Of a stretch of 64,000 nucleotides of DNA, positions 23,771-37,940 are shown in pieces. A program made the translations under genes and the position numbers. Each line of letters starts with the position of its first letter. The first letter of the stretch is position 1. A model generated the notes under the pieces. It saw only the letters and a program-made list of their open reading frames with translations, made no database searches and was not told where the DNA came from. This DNA comes from Neophaeotheca triangularis (taxonomy: Eukaryota), in assembly GCA_054600435.1 (NCBI GenBank), contig BAAIJX010000023.1, positions 248,001 to 312,000 of the forward strand. The letters run 5' to 3'.

Positions 23771-26700
23771 ATGTCTTACTCTCAGCGCCGCCAGAACAAC
23801 AGCCATCCTCAACCTCCCCTGCCACCGCGACATGCCAGTCTGGCGAACCATACCAACCCGTACCGACAGCAAGGGCAGAATGGTGGATATCAAGACACGC
23901 AGTATGCGCAAGCTGCATATCCCGGCCAGCAAGCGCCATATGACTACCAACAAGCAGGAGGCGGGATAGTGCAACAATCGCAAGGTGGATATCAGGACGA
24001 GTACCAGGATATGGTTGCTTCGCCCACGGCTTCCTCGTTTGGATCGTACCAGCAACCACAGTACTCGCCCCAGCCTGGAGGTCAGCCAGCATACAACCCA
24101 GCCCGGTATGCGTCGCGGTCTCAGAGCATGAGCCAGAGCCCGCAGGTACCTGCTTATAACCCGCAACATTATGCGCCGCAGTATACTGCCTCGTACGGGC
24201 AGCAGCAGCAGCAGCACGAACCAGCATATCAAGCACGAAGCACTAGTGGGCCGATTGATGCTTATGGCTATTCACCGAGCGACTACTCTTCCAACTCCAC
24301 GTTCATACAACCTCAGCAGGTACATGTGCAGCAATCCTATGCAGGACAACAATTGATGAGCCCGACACAACAGCACCATTACAGCCCGCAACCCCCGCAA
24401 CATCAATATGGTTTCTCTCCACAGCAGAATCCTCCACCACCGCCTCCTCCAGCAGGCTATGGATATCAACCCCCTCCAGTACCTGAAGATGTACCACTTC
24501 AAATGCCATATCACGCCAACCCGCCTCCTCTCCCCCCTCGGCGTCAAACCACCTCCCACGCGGCTGCGAGCCCGCAGCCGAACATCTCGCCAGCTTTACC
24601 GGGTTTACACGACGGCTCGTGGCTACCTTCTCCGCCAATGTATTCGTCTCGAAGTGGCGAGCGACAATCTCCATATTATGGATCTACTGGAGCACCCTCG
24701 CCTCCAAGTTCGACCCCTGGTCCCACACCTCCCGCACATAGCTATCCATCGAGATCAAACACGCTCGATCGCCATCCACAGTCAAGACCTCTACCCGGAC
24801 CGCCAGAGCCTGACGTCGAGCCAGATTACTTCCGACACCATTCGCAACGTCAGCGAACACGGGAAGAAGAGGAGGCTATATCACAAGAGGACCTTTTCAC
24901 ACAGGTCGAGGATGCAGTTATGAACGCAGGTAGAGGGTCTATATCCGGCCGCAGTCCCTCGATATCAGTGAGTCGACCGGGGGACCAACACAGTCCTCAG
25001 CCCTTGTTCAGCCCGCGCCAGCAGGGTGTACAAAGGCATCAAAGTAATGGCAGTGCTGTGAATGGACACCTTTCCCCTGTGCTGGCCGAGCAACAGGATA
25101 ACGATGGGTATGAAAGCGATCCCGAAGCAGCGGCAGGGGTAGCTGCGATGCAGATGGCCGAGGCATACGAGCAGGAAGGCGCATCAATGCACTTTGGTGG
25201 TCGTGACTCTGTAAGAAGCTCGGCACGCATTCAGCCCAACAATCGGAATCAGGCCGATGACGACAACGATGATTTTGTCGGCACGGATCTGGGTAGTATG
25301 GCTGGTGGCTATCCAGCCGACTTCGAATACAATGGTAATCCCAATGTACTAACGAGCAATGCAGAGATGAATGGCACAAGTTACAGTCAGCCCGTGTCGA
25401 GTCAGCACAGCTCGATGAGGCGATCACATGCCTCAGCGCATTCGAGTCGGGGAGAGTATGATTATTTCATGGACAACATACACCCTTTCCCGCCATTTAA
25501 CCCAGCGGCGCGAGTGGACGCGGGGGGCACGGGCGGACTGGCCGAACCCAATGCACACGGCCGACGACCAAGTTATGATGAAGGGGACGAGGAAGTTTTC
25601 ATGGATGGACAGACGCCTCCAGGCTTGTTCCCTGGCGAGCCCCCGGATCTCTTCTACCATCCCTCGACCTCGCCGTACAGACCGCTCCCACCCCCACCCG
25701 AAGGAGAAATGCCGCCATTGGATACAAATTCGCGAGGAGCCAGTGCGACATTCGCTCAACCAAGCACCCCGGGCGCCTTTGATCGCAACTCAGCTGGTCA
25801 GTTTGTGCCGAGATCGATATCCATGATCAGCCACAGCAATACTCCACAACCAGTCCAACCAATACGATCAAGGACGGACGCTGAAGAGAGAAGGATACGG
25901 CAACAGCAGTTCAGAGTCTCCACCTACAACAACTTCGACAGCACTCCGGCCAGTTCAAGTACCGTCGCCATAGACCTGCCATCTCTGCCTACTAGGCGAT
26001 TTGTCCCGTCCAAGCTCGGCGCACAGGACTTCAAGAGATGCGAGGAGCCGTGGGCTTTGAGCTCGATTGTGGAATGGTTGCGTACAGTGACAAGCCCAGA
26101 CCAGACTGCAGAGCTGAAAGAGGCGATTATAGATGAGGCTCTAGTAGCCTTATTCACGCACAAGGTACCGACCATGAACATCGCTGATGCCGAAGTCTTG
26201 AGCAACCACGTCATCAAGGAGATGTACACGGCCGGCACCCTCGTCACCACCGAGGAATGGGTCAAACTCGCGCCCGGCAAAATGTCCGGCGTCATCTTCC
26301 AACTGACAGGAACAGGCTGCTACTCGCCATCGCTCCACGGCCATGTCGTCCCTGGCCGCTGCTACGCCCACCACTGCCAGCGTACACTTAAGAAAGTCGA
26401 CTTGCAAGCCCAGCCCCTCGACGGTCGTCCAGCGCTGAGTTGGGACAAGTTCTTCGGCTTGACGAAAGAGCAGGCCTTGTCTAAAGGCTCCAAGGAGTTG
26501 GAGAGGCAGAACAATCTCCATGAAATTGTCACCACAGAAGAAGATTACATGAAACAACTGAAAGTGCTGCGGGAACTCTACCGCGACCCTCTATTGTCTC
26601 GTCAACCGTCCATCATCACTCCCAACCGGCAGAAGAAGTTTGTCAAGGAAGTTTTCGGTAAAGTCGATGCGGTCAAACAAGCAAACGAGGACCATCTTTT

Positions 26701-29081
26701 ACCGCAATTGAAGTATCGTCAGCAGGAACAGGGGCCATGGGTGGTCGGCTTCTCGGATATCTTCCGGCAATGGATCCGCAAGGCCAGAACAAGTTACATC
26801 GACTATGCCACTGGTTTCCCGCAGGCGACGTTCTTGGTTCGCCAGGAGCTGGAGCGGAATCTGACGTTCAGGGAATTCGTTGCCGAGGTGAGGAGCAAGC
26901 CCGAGTCTAATCGTCTGGGGTGGGATACTTATCTCAAAGTCCCCATCACCCGTCTGCAGAGGTATTCGCTTCTTTTAGGGACAGTTTTGCGAAATATGAA
27001 GGAGGATTCGGAGGAGCGGCGGAATTTGCAAACGGCTTACGATGAAGTCAAGAACGTAACGCTCGAATGCGACGCCCGTGTGGCTGAAATGCAGAGGCAG
27101 GTGGATTTGTCAGATTTGGGAACAAAGTTGGTGCTTAGGCCTTCGATGCAGGACCAGGTCAGCCTCAACCTTAATCACTTAGGAAGAGAGCTGATTCATC
27201 GTGGTGATTTGCAACGCATGGGTGGGAACAGATTCACGTGGCTTGATGCCCATGCGCTGTTGTTCGATCACTACATGGTGCTGGCGAAGACGTTGGTCAA
27301 CCCAGATAAAGCTGGGGGCACACTGGAGAAGTACGATGTCTCCCGTCTGCCGATACCGATGGACTTGCTGGTACTGGAGAGCACCAAGGACGATCCCGTG
27401 CAAAAATCGAGTTACGTCAAGGGTATTACCTCCGTCACGACCGTCACCCCACGCGGCGTTCCTGTGCCAACCGACCCTTCCGGCATGGGTAGGCCGAACT
27501 CGAACCAAGGCGGTGCGCCAGCACTGCAGCACACCAGCACCGGCGCTTCGGCCCACTCCCTCCACGCCGTCACTAGTCTCGGCGACAAAGACTCGGACCG
27601 TATCATGTACCCGTTTAGGATTAAGCACCTAGGCCGCGAAACCTATACGCTCTTCGCGCCTACCGAAAACGCCCGACGCGACTGGTGCACCAAGATCATC
27701 GAAGCGAAAACCAAACACGCCGCCGCCCTTCACGCGCAAAATGCCGAGCCTTTCCGCTTGCGTGTCATGGCGGACTCGGCTTTCCGCTACGAGACTGTCG
27801 GGGATAAGCCTTCGCGGAGTGTCTTGATCCCCGGCACGCCGGTGCATCGCGCCATCAAGGAGGTGGAGCAGCGGTTTAAGAATACTGGGAGGCCTGAGCC
27901 GATTTGCAGGGCGAGGGTTAATTGCGCGACGAGTTTTACTACGCCGTATCCTGGGAAGCATATGGTGGCAGTCGGGACAGATTTCGGTGTTTTCGTCAGC
28001 GAGGCGGATAATCCACGTGGGTGGACTAGAGTGAGTTCTTACCAACACCTGGAGAGTATTCCCATCGTGTTGCGACCTTTACTAACAGACAACCTACCAG
28101 ACCATCAGCATGCGGGGCGTAACGCAAATCGCTGTCCTCGAAGACTTCAACCTCTTCCTCCTCATCTCGGAGAAATCTCTGATATCCTACCACCTCGACG
28201 CGCTCAACATCTCCTCGACTCAACCCAACGGCGCCTCCTCCTCAAACTCGCTTGACAACACCCGCAAAGCACCTCAAAAACTCTCCGGCAGCAAAGATGT
28301 AGGCTTCTTCGTGCACGGGCGCATGAAAGACCGCGTACTTGTCTTCTACAAAAAGCGCGAAAACCTCTCCAGCACCTTCAAGGTCCTCGAGCCCATCTAC
28401 CAAAAAGCGACGGAGAAAAAAAAACACGCCAACCCCTCCCCCTCCTCCCCATCTGCTTTCACCTCCCTCTTCCGCCGCGGCACCACCGACTTCTTCCGCG
28501 ACTTTGACGACTTCTACATCCCGACAGAAAGCTGGGGCATCAACCTCTTCAACTCGTCGCTCGCCGTCGCCACCACGCGCGGTTTCGAAACCATGACCCT
28601 CGACAAAAAACACCCGCACTCCGTCCCGGACCTCAAACCGTCGCACACAGCCGACATCGCTTCCCACATCCGCGACCAGCGCGCCCTCTCCATGCTCCGC
28701 CTGTCGGAACAGGAATTCCTCCTCGTCTACGCGAATTGCGCCGTCTACGTCAACAAGCACGCCGAAGTCAGCAGAAGCGTGGTCATGGCTTTTGTCGGCC
28801 AAGCGACGGGATGCGCGTTGGTCGGCGGCTTTTTGCTGCTTTTCGATAGCGATTTCGTCGAGGTGCGGAATGCGCAGAATGGGAGGTTGAAGCAGATTAT
28901 TGCCGGTCGGGAGGTGAAGATGCTGGATGATGGCGGTGGCGCGGGCAGTGCTGGGGTCGTTGGGGCTGGGGTTGGCGGTGAGGGTAAGAGTGTCAAGGTT
29001 GTTATGCAGCATCCTGAGATGGAGAAGATGCAGATTGTTGTTGAGTTGGTTTTGAATGGAGATATGAGGGAGGGAGATTGA
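23771..29081 (+). CDS. RGF3: Rho1 guanine nucleotide exchange factor (DH-PH-CNH), Rgf3/Tus1-like
   Basis: P/Q-rich N-terminus; DH domain (ERQNNLHEIVTTEEDY...PITRLQRYSLLL); PH region; CNH domain after intron 28031-28100 (VTQIAVLEDFNLFLLI). Confidence 0.9.
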
Positions 29082-30430
29082 GTGGAGGGGGGTTTTGGAT
29101 GAGGAGATTTGGGGAGGAGAGCGCTATGGGGGTTGCTTGGCTTGGGCTTTTCATGTTTCTCGCGGACGAGGCTTTGTTTTGGATACGATACCACTTGTTT
29201 TGCTGTCTGCTACTTTAGTCTTTACATGGGCAAGGCAGCGGCTGAGGCGTCAATTATTTCGAGTGCTTCCCCCTCCGGGCTTTTATACCGTACTACCAGC
29301 CCTGATAGTGTCACATCGAAACAATCAACATAAAGGGGTTTATCCTCCGCCTACTACCTAGGTAGGCAGCTACGGACGTCAACCTATGAGTTACCGCCGG
29401 GAGAAATTGAGAGGTTACAGTACTCTGAGGTAATGAGGATAAGTACAAGAGTCACGGGCAAATTTCGAAACTGAATCCCTCAAGACTCGCGGTGATTGCT
29501 TAGGGCGGTCGCTAGGAGATGACAAGGCATTTATGTAGCCGAGAGGCTGGAATGGCACCGGTTGGTGGGAGGTAAATTATTAAGGTTGTAGTAATGCGCC
29601 TTAGGTACTACCACCTCTATCAGGGCTGAAGTGTCGCTCTTCACGTGGCTCTTGAACGCAAAAAAGTGGGCCCCAGCTGAGCTGTATCTCAACTTCAGCC
29701 TCACAAGCAAACGTCCTTAGGCGCCTACCTCAATGAATAATGACCTTTGAGCAAGGGAGATGACAGATCGAAACATCGTCGAGTCTGCACTCTACTAACC
29801 AGCATTTCTTCCAACGCCTTGCAGCAACACAGCACCTCCGAGGCTGTCAGCACGACTTCTAGACCTTTGAGCAATGAAGATGCCGCTGGAAGTAGTTTTG
29901 CGCGTATCTACAGGGGCTTGAATCCTTCAGGCCCGCCAAGGCGCAGATACTACCTGGACCTACATGAGTATCGAGAGAGCTTGTCCAATGGACGCGATTG
30001 TGGCGGGTCTTCTTCTTCACCGGTCGGGATGCGACGTCTTCTTCCAGTCGAGTTGATCTCGGCCTTTACGCGGTGGAGTGTGGCTGCTTACTGTCAATTC
30101 TGCCCGTTGCTGGTCACTGGTCGGTCACTGGGTGTTGGGCATTGCTTGTACGCCTCCGGCGGCTACCCAATGTCTGCTATTTCGATGCATCATGCGTGCT
30201 GCATGGCCGTGACACCGCAGGTTGGCTGGATTTGGAACTGCGGCATGGCAGCTGCGAGAACTACCTACTGAGGCTGAGCAGTACTAGCTGGCTCGCACGC
30301 TTTCTCTTTCCTCTAGAGATGCGAGTTGTGTATTAAGAGTAAGTCCGGAGATCGAGCTGTTTCTCAGTCGCAGCTCTGTTCTTTTCTTCTTCTTTTTCCC
30401 CCTTGCTCTCAGGCTCTAAAGTTGTACATC

Positions 30431-33400
30431 ATGAACTTGTTGTTTCTTTCTGCCGTTCTTGTGGAGTTCGCGGTCGCTGCGACTCGCTATACCAATGGCA
30501 CTCTGGCTACCAACACCACATCTTCCGCCGGGAATTCGATCGCAAGCGCATCGGCCAGCGACTCATCTTTCACTTCTTCGTTGACGAGCTGGACAACTCT
30601 ATCAGCCTCTCTCTCCTCCTCCTCTTCCGATGACCTGGCAAAATGGATTTTGAACGGCCTCGGCGAAGTTGAAAGCAGCACTCCCGACAGCTTGCTACAG
30701 TCCACGAGCAGCCCTGTCTTTTCGCGTTCAGCAAGCAACAGCAATACTAATACGGGCCAACTCGCATCAGCTTCTCAGTCATTGTCGTTGGCTGTCATCA
30801 ACAGCACCTCCGTCACTTCCACCTCGGCGAGTGATGCTACCACGCTTTCTCACGCGTCCGCATCGATACTTCGACCGCTGCCTTTGGCCGCGAGTAGCAG
30901 CAATGTCAGCGCTGCGAGGGATACACGTGAATCGACTACGCCTGATTCATCGGTGGCCTCGGAATCCGCATCCTCGGCCACGGATAGCGGGGACCCTCTC
31001 GCGAAATGGATAATCAGCGGGATCGGTGGTGGCGACGAGAGCAGTACGTCGGTGCAAAGCATCGACATTGTGAACTCTGCGAGCGGAGAAACAGTGCCTT
31101 CTAGGGGGTCCAGCCTTTCTCTACCTACGCACTTGAGCTTCAGCAACAATACAACGAGCGCGGTTTCGCTGGCTACAGGATCTCCCGAACTCTCCACTTC
31201 TGCGAGCGTAGCTTCCAACGGGTCGATTTCCACGTTGTCGACCTCAAAGCTGAGCACCAGGAGTGGTGATACCACTCAAACCAAAACTACCGTAGCCATG
31301 CGCCCTACTGTTACAGTTGGCCCTACGTCCTCGGTATTGCATGCCAACCATTCTGTGCAGTATAACAGGACAGTCACCACTCGCACAGGTTACCAGAACT
31401 ACAGCAGCTTTTCGTCGGACTTTATGTTTTTCGGCAATCGTACCTTCATTGCCAACTGCACTGTAACCGAAAGTACAGCCTATGAATCTTGCAACGACAT
31501 GTGCATGGAATACTCGAGCTTGTGCAGTAGTGCATTATCAGATTGGACTCTAGGAGCCACGAACAGTGTCTCCAAGGACCATGTTTACACCAGCACAGTG
31601 ACCCAGACGATGACGACTTACCCGTTGACTGCGAGCGTGACGACGATACATTATGAGGACACCACACTTCGAAGCTATACGTACGAGTCAATGATCTACA
31701 GCCACGTCACCGATTCAGATGGCAGCGTCTACAGAACTGCTTTCTCAACTACTTATGCACCTGGCACTCATCCAGTGACTTCAACGTACACCCTTGTTGA
31801 TGCTGAGCCACTCGTTATCATACAGACTGTGACACGATCATGTAAGTAACAGTTTTACTTCCGAACACAGTTGGTCAATGCCGAGTAAAGAAAGCGGTGC
31901 GCTAAGGCTTGTTTTAGATACTCGGCTGTCGTATTCCTATCAGAACCCAACTGCTCCGGAGCCACCATGCGAACTAAAGGAATGCACCGCTTGCTGGGCG
32001 GATCATTGCACCATCCAAGGGGGTGAGGTGGAACTTCTCTACTGGCCCGCAGTCACACAGACCGTCAAAACACATACACACGACAATGGGACCGAGTCGA
32101 CCTTCGTCCAAATATCAGAGATCTCGTACACAGAGCCTCTAACCGTACCTTTCGAGGACACCACGCTAGTCTATCCGACAGTCTACGTCTCCTTCGAGAC
32201 CGCATATGCAACTAATGACTGTGGCAATACTGTGGGAGAGGCTCATGCTGGCGCTATTGTCGCCGTGGCCCCCGAAAACCTCTCCAGCATCAGAGACAAC
32301 CAGGGCTTCAAGAATCGTAACAACCCCATCAGCGCCTCAACCAGACCAATTGGTTTCTATCCTGTCTGGGAGCCCGCACCCTTCAACTTTACCCACTTGG
32401 ATATCGAGCCTGTACCAGTCAGTGTATACCTCGATCAACCCAACTGCTGGGATCATTTCTGTGGAAACATCTACAAGCAATATCGGCCTTACCTCAGCGT
32501 CCCTCAGGAGGTATATGACTTGGACACTGCGTGGAGTACCTGCGACACGTTCTGGAGCGGTCTGATTGATCCACCGCTCGCTTTGCAACAAACAGACAAG
32601 ATTGCTGGTGTCACTACGCCGGCAGGGAACGACGAACCTTCAGCAACTCCCAAGGCATCTCTTGTCGAGCACACGCAGCCCGCCGAGCCGTCACCGACAA
32701 GTGCAATGCCATCGAACACTCAGGCACCCACTGACGGTACCGAGCACACGGTCAGCCCGGGTGGCAACAATATCCCGAGTACGCCGAGTACGCCACAGCA
32801 AACCGGCAGTACCGCGACAGACAACCCCTCTAATGGAGTATTGCCCGATAATGGGCAGGATGCAACTCAAAAGACGACGCTAGGGGCCGGAAAGGACGAG
32901 AGTGGCCACGAGCCAGATCCTGGCAGCAACGACAACAGTGTTGCTCAAGATACACCAGCTGCGACACCGGACGATGATAGCGAGGATGGAGATACAACAC
33001 CGTCTGGAGGCAGCGATGCTTCTAGAAACGGTGGCAATGTCAACGAGCCGGTCACTATCCCTACGACTGGGCGGAATGAAGGCGACAGCGGCAACGAGAA
33101 CAGTCCGACGCCATCAAACGCTGCAGATGTCTTAAACGAAGCGCAAGATCAGCTCACTGCCCCAAGCCCCGTACAAAATACCGAAGGCAGACCGCAGAAT
33201 GTACCCCCACCCGCTGCTATCTTTACGGGCGATGACGGCCGAGAGCATACCGCCGTACCCGCTGCGGCAGGCGGCGGTATTGTCATTGATGACACTACGA
33301 CAGCTGTTCCCGGTGCCACTGTAGCTGTGCCAGGCAACGATCCGATCGTCGTGGAGCCTGAAGGAATCCGACAAGGCAGTCAAGGTAGCCTACTTCCCTT

Positions 33401-35519
33401 TACTAGACCTAACGAGCAAGATTCTCAAGAGACAAGGGTCGTTGTTTCCGAGGGGACTACTTTCACCACAGCTGTACCCACCCCTCCTGCAGGTTCTGCG
33501 CCGCTTTCAAACGTTCCAGCGAACGGGCCCTCGCAAGGAAGCCAACAGAATGCACCGCCTTTCGTACCTGGTTCCGAACAGGCTGCATCAACCAGGCGCA
33601 CCATCACCTTCGACGAACAAACTTACACAGTCGATGTACCTGGAGCTGTAGCAGTCGCTACGCCTTCTTCAAATGGGGCGCCGAATCCCGTGGTCGATCT
33701 CAATGGTAACGTCTATACTGTCCGCACATCCGGCGCCTCTGGGGCTGTACTAGAAGGAGCATCCACGACGGTCAGACTCGCTCCTGGCGAGACTGCTCTG
33801 CTTGGGGGTCAGACTGTCGAGCTTGGTCAGTCTGAGAACCTGATTGTCAACGGCGACTCCTTGGATCTTCCTGCCGGCAGTGATGATAGCAATGCGGTTC
33901 CACAGCAGGCTATGGTCACTGCCGGATCTTCGGTCTTCACTGCGCAACAGGCCGCGAATGCAGCAGTTGTTGAGTTCGGCCAGGGAAGTTTGAGTGTAGG
34001 AGGCCCTGCAACGAGTATCGATGGAAGAGTGTTTTCTCTGGCACAAGGCGGTTTGGTCGTGTCTGGTGGCCAAGCTCCCGCTACTACGGTCCCTTTCTCT
34101 CCTCCCGCCGATGAAGATGCCCCTCGGCAAGCTGTCGTTACACTTGGGTCATCTACAATGACGGCTCAAATGGCAGATGAAGCGAATCTTGTGGCGTTCG
34201 ATCAGGGTAGCTTGAGTGTTGGAGGAGCTGCAACGACGATCGACGGAGCTGTGGTGTCTTTGGCGCCGGAAGGCCTCATGGTCTCTAGTCAAGGAGCTGC
34301 AGCCACGGTCACTCCATTTGCTCCCAACCCTGCGAAAGACGACACGTCCGCAAGACAGGCCGTCTTCACAATTGGCTCATCGGCTTTGACGGCTCAGATG
34401 GCAGACCACCCGAACGTTGTGGCGCTGGGCCAAGGTAGCTTGAGTGTTGGAGGTTCTGCAACAACAATCAATGGGGCCGTGGTTTCGTTAGCGCCAAAAG
34501 GCCTCGTGATCTCTAGCAAAGGAGCTGCAGCTACGGTCATCCCGTTCGCCCCCAGACCTGCAGAAGCTGATACCTCTGCACCACAAGCTGTCGTTACGAT
34601 CGGCTCTACAACATTCACAGCGGAGGCAGAAAACAACCCCAGCATCGTCAAATTCGGCTCTGGTAGCCTAAGCATTGGAGGCCCCGCAACAACCATCGAC
34701 AATGTCGTCGTATCTCTCGCGCAAAACGGCCTCGCAGTGTCAACCAACGGCCAATCCTCCGCCACAACCATCCCCCTCTCCTCCGCCGCCACCCCCTCAG
34801 AAGCCGTCCAAGCAATCCTCACCTTCGGCACCTCAACCCTAACCGCCTACCAAGTCGCCAACTCCCCCGGTCTCGTTGTCCTCGACGGCACAACCCTCAC
34901 AGCCGACGGCCACGAAGTCACGATCTCCGGAACAGTCGTCAGCCTCGCCAGCACAGGTATTGTCGTAGACAGCAGTTCCACAATCGCTTTCGAAACCATC
35001 ACCCTCGACCCCACTGACACACGAGCTTCTGGTCTCCGGGCCTCGGGTTTGGGGGCATGGACCGCAACACCTGAGTCTCTGACGCAGGTTGCCGCGACGC
35101 TTACGTTGGCCTCGGAGATTGTGACTGCGTTCCAGGTGGCAGGATCACCGGGAATGGTTGTTGTGGACGGTACTACGCTCTCAGTCGGCGGCGAAGAAGT
35201 CACCATTAATGGCGTAGCGGTGAGTGCCGAGTCAGATGGCGTTTCCATCGAAGGGAGCCTGGTTGCGTGGTCGACTGCCACGGTCGATGGGAGCGCTAGC
35301 GAGGCTTCTGGACTCTGGGCTTCGAGTTTGGGAGCTTGGGGTTCGGGAGTTAGTGCTACGGTGTCACAAACGGCGGGAGAGGCATCTTCGGATTCTGATA
35401 TGCCGGAGGAAACGGGGGTGGAGGCGGTTGATTCGGGGGCTGTTGGGGGTTTTGAGTGGAGCCTTCTCGTTTCTGGAGGTGCTGCTTTCTTTGCGGTGGC
35501 GAGTCTGGGCTGGCTTTGA
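30431..35519 (+). CDS. Large secreted Ser/Thr-rich, probably GPI-anchored cell-wall/adhesin-like protein with ~75-aa repeats
   Basis: Signal peptide MNLLFLSAVLVEFAVA. Intron 31842-31917 joins the two long ORFs in frame. Cys-rich core (CTIQGGEVELLYWP...YPTVYVSF...C..DPPLAL), GSLSVGG repeats and a hydrophobic C-terminus. Confidence 0.85.
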
Positions 35520-37312
35520 AGGTAGTGGGTCAAGGCTACGCCAGGACTTGTCCAGCTTCTGCAAACAGTCTGTCAGAATTTTGGTGAGTTACGTTCGACG
35601 CGGACAGGGCTGGGAGAGCGGGGCGAGAAGCTAGACATTGTAGAGATGGCCTGGAGCTGCTCGGCCTCACACCAGGACGCCCATGTGTAGTTGCATACGA
35701 GGCCCTCGGGTGCTGTCGGCTTGGCCTCGAACGGCCAAAGACGAAGCTGGGCATGCTACCGGCTGGCGTGGTACGGACTTTGCAAGTGGGAGACGGAAGG
35801 AGAAACCGAACCCGGATCTGGGCCAGCTAGAGCGCAACACTACGGACGACCCCATTAATGTAATGGGAGGGGCTGAGGATTAAAATCGGCATCAAGTCGT
35901 TCATTACTCCTGCAGGTCGAAACTACATCATCGCTCTGCCCACGCCCTCAACCTTTTCCCAAAATCTTCAAGTCCGCCGAGCGTCTTCGGGAGGCTGGGC
36001 ACGTCAATTCATGAGAGTTGAAATCTCTAGTCCTGGGGCTTCCCCGAATCTGGAATGTCTTGCAGTGAGATCCAGAAGAGTGCGCCTTCGGGGTACAGGT
36101 ATATGTAGAAGATGGGGCTGAGTTGGTGGAGGGAGCGGGATGAGCAGATTGTGCTGTTGGTGCTTATGATTGAGTCTGCCGGGTTTGAGGCTGGTTGGAC
36201 AGCTGCTTTGGCGTTGTCGTTGAAGAGAATGTGACGCACGCGGGACCTGGGGGTGGAGTCGGAGTGTTTTGTATCGTAAGGGGAATACATTGTTACCTGC
36301 ACATCAACACGTTAGGTGCAGAATGCTCGCATCTTAATTCAGTTTAGTCGCTTGTGTCGCGGCTCTGGTATAGCGTTCATTTGCTCATCTGTGGTAGCGT
36401 CGTAGATTCGCAGATACTCGACTTCTGGATCTGGATACAACGGGTCGGTCTGCGCCTCGTAGATCCGCTACCACAAGTCTTCCGGTTGGACCTTCTTGGA
36501 AAGGAGCACCGACCAATCACACCTCGATCACCCTGACGAGCAGCCAGTGCGGATTGGGGTCCTGTGGCTTACCCGCTCCTGCTATCAACACGTGAAAGTC
36601 TTCCATGATTCTGTTCGTAGCGCTCGCTCTGTAGCTATCGTCCAGTAGAGAGATTCGTGCCAAGCCCAAGGCCGTGCCTTTGAAATTATCTTATGTTGTT
36701 CATGGACTCCTGGCGTTCGGACGTGGTGATCGTACAGCAAACCCGGAAGTGAATGCGAAGCACCGCCGCTGACTTTTGTGACGAGCGAGAGCGGAGTGAA
36801 GGTGGAGGTAGGGCAAGATTTCTTCTCCATGGTATTGCGAGATGGCAAGGGCATGATGAAAAAGGCGTGTTCGCGTCAGCTGGAGGTAGTGCGATACCAG
36901 CGACACGGTGACGGTGAGCATGCGCAAGCACAAAAGCTCACCATCGGGTATCAAAAATAAGAATAATCTTGAAGGTCCCGTAGGACCGTTTCAGAGATTA
37001 AACTGAAACTAAAGAGGAAGGAGTCAGTCTCTGCATCGTGGGTCGTTCTTTCCTAAATAGGCAACTTACAGAACAGATACTACACTTGATCTAAGCCAAA
37101 AGGCAAAGAGAGCTGGAGAAGAAGAGAAAGGAAGAGCGAGAGAATTGGAAGAGCAGCTCAGTTTTGTCACTGCGGCGGGGGGCCGTGCGCCCTCTCGATG
37201 ACTAATTCTGGTGCCTCAGGCGCAAATCAAACAACAGCAGTTCAAACAGCACACTCCGGCGCAGTGATAGACAACAATCTTCCCTCAAAAGGAGTCCTTT
37301 GCGCGAACAAAG

Positions 37313-37897
37313 ATGGCGCAAGTAAGCCGACCCCGCCCCCAACCCTGCACAAACAGCTCTTAACACCACCACCCCCAGAAAGCTCTCAAAACCCTCGCGG
37401 CGCGCAACACAGCCATCCTCAACCGCACGCACCTGATCGCGCTAGCCCTCCACAGCACCTACTGGCTGCTCCGCTTCACGCTGACAACGCGCCGCTCCCT
37501 CCCATACACCCTCCTCACCCTCCCCTCGGCAATAATCGAAATCTGGTTCGAGCGCATCGGCCGCCCCATCCTCGGCGACAACGGCGAAGTCAAACGCTCC
37601 GGCGAGGATCTCGAAGCCAAAGGCCTGACCGAGTGGATGTGGGATTGCGTGTATTGGACTTGGGGATGCTTGGGCTTGGTGGCTGTGGTTGGGGATTGGG
37701 CTTGGTGGCTTTGGCTCGCTGTGCCGGTTTACTCGGCGTATTTGGGTTTTAGCACTTTTCAGGGGGCGAGGCAGGGGTTGGGTGGCTTGGGGGGTGGGGA
37801 TGGAGCAGGTGCTGAGGGGGAGAAGCAGGCGGCGCAGAGTAAGCGGAGTCAGAAGATGGAGCAGAGGGGTGGGAGGCAGAAGGTGCAGTATCGGTGA
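37313..37897 (+). CDS. SND2: SRP-independent targeting protein 2 (DUF788/TMEM208 family)
   Basis: ATG GCG CAA, intron 37322-37378, then KALKTLAARN...SGEDLEAKGLTEWMWDCVYWTW...SKRSQKMEQRG. Confidence 0.9.
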
Positions 37898-37940
37898 GTT
37901 TTTGTGGGGGAGTGGATGCATGGGTTGTCTGTTTAGTTGT

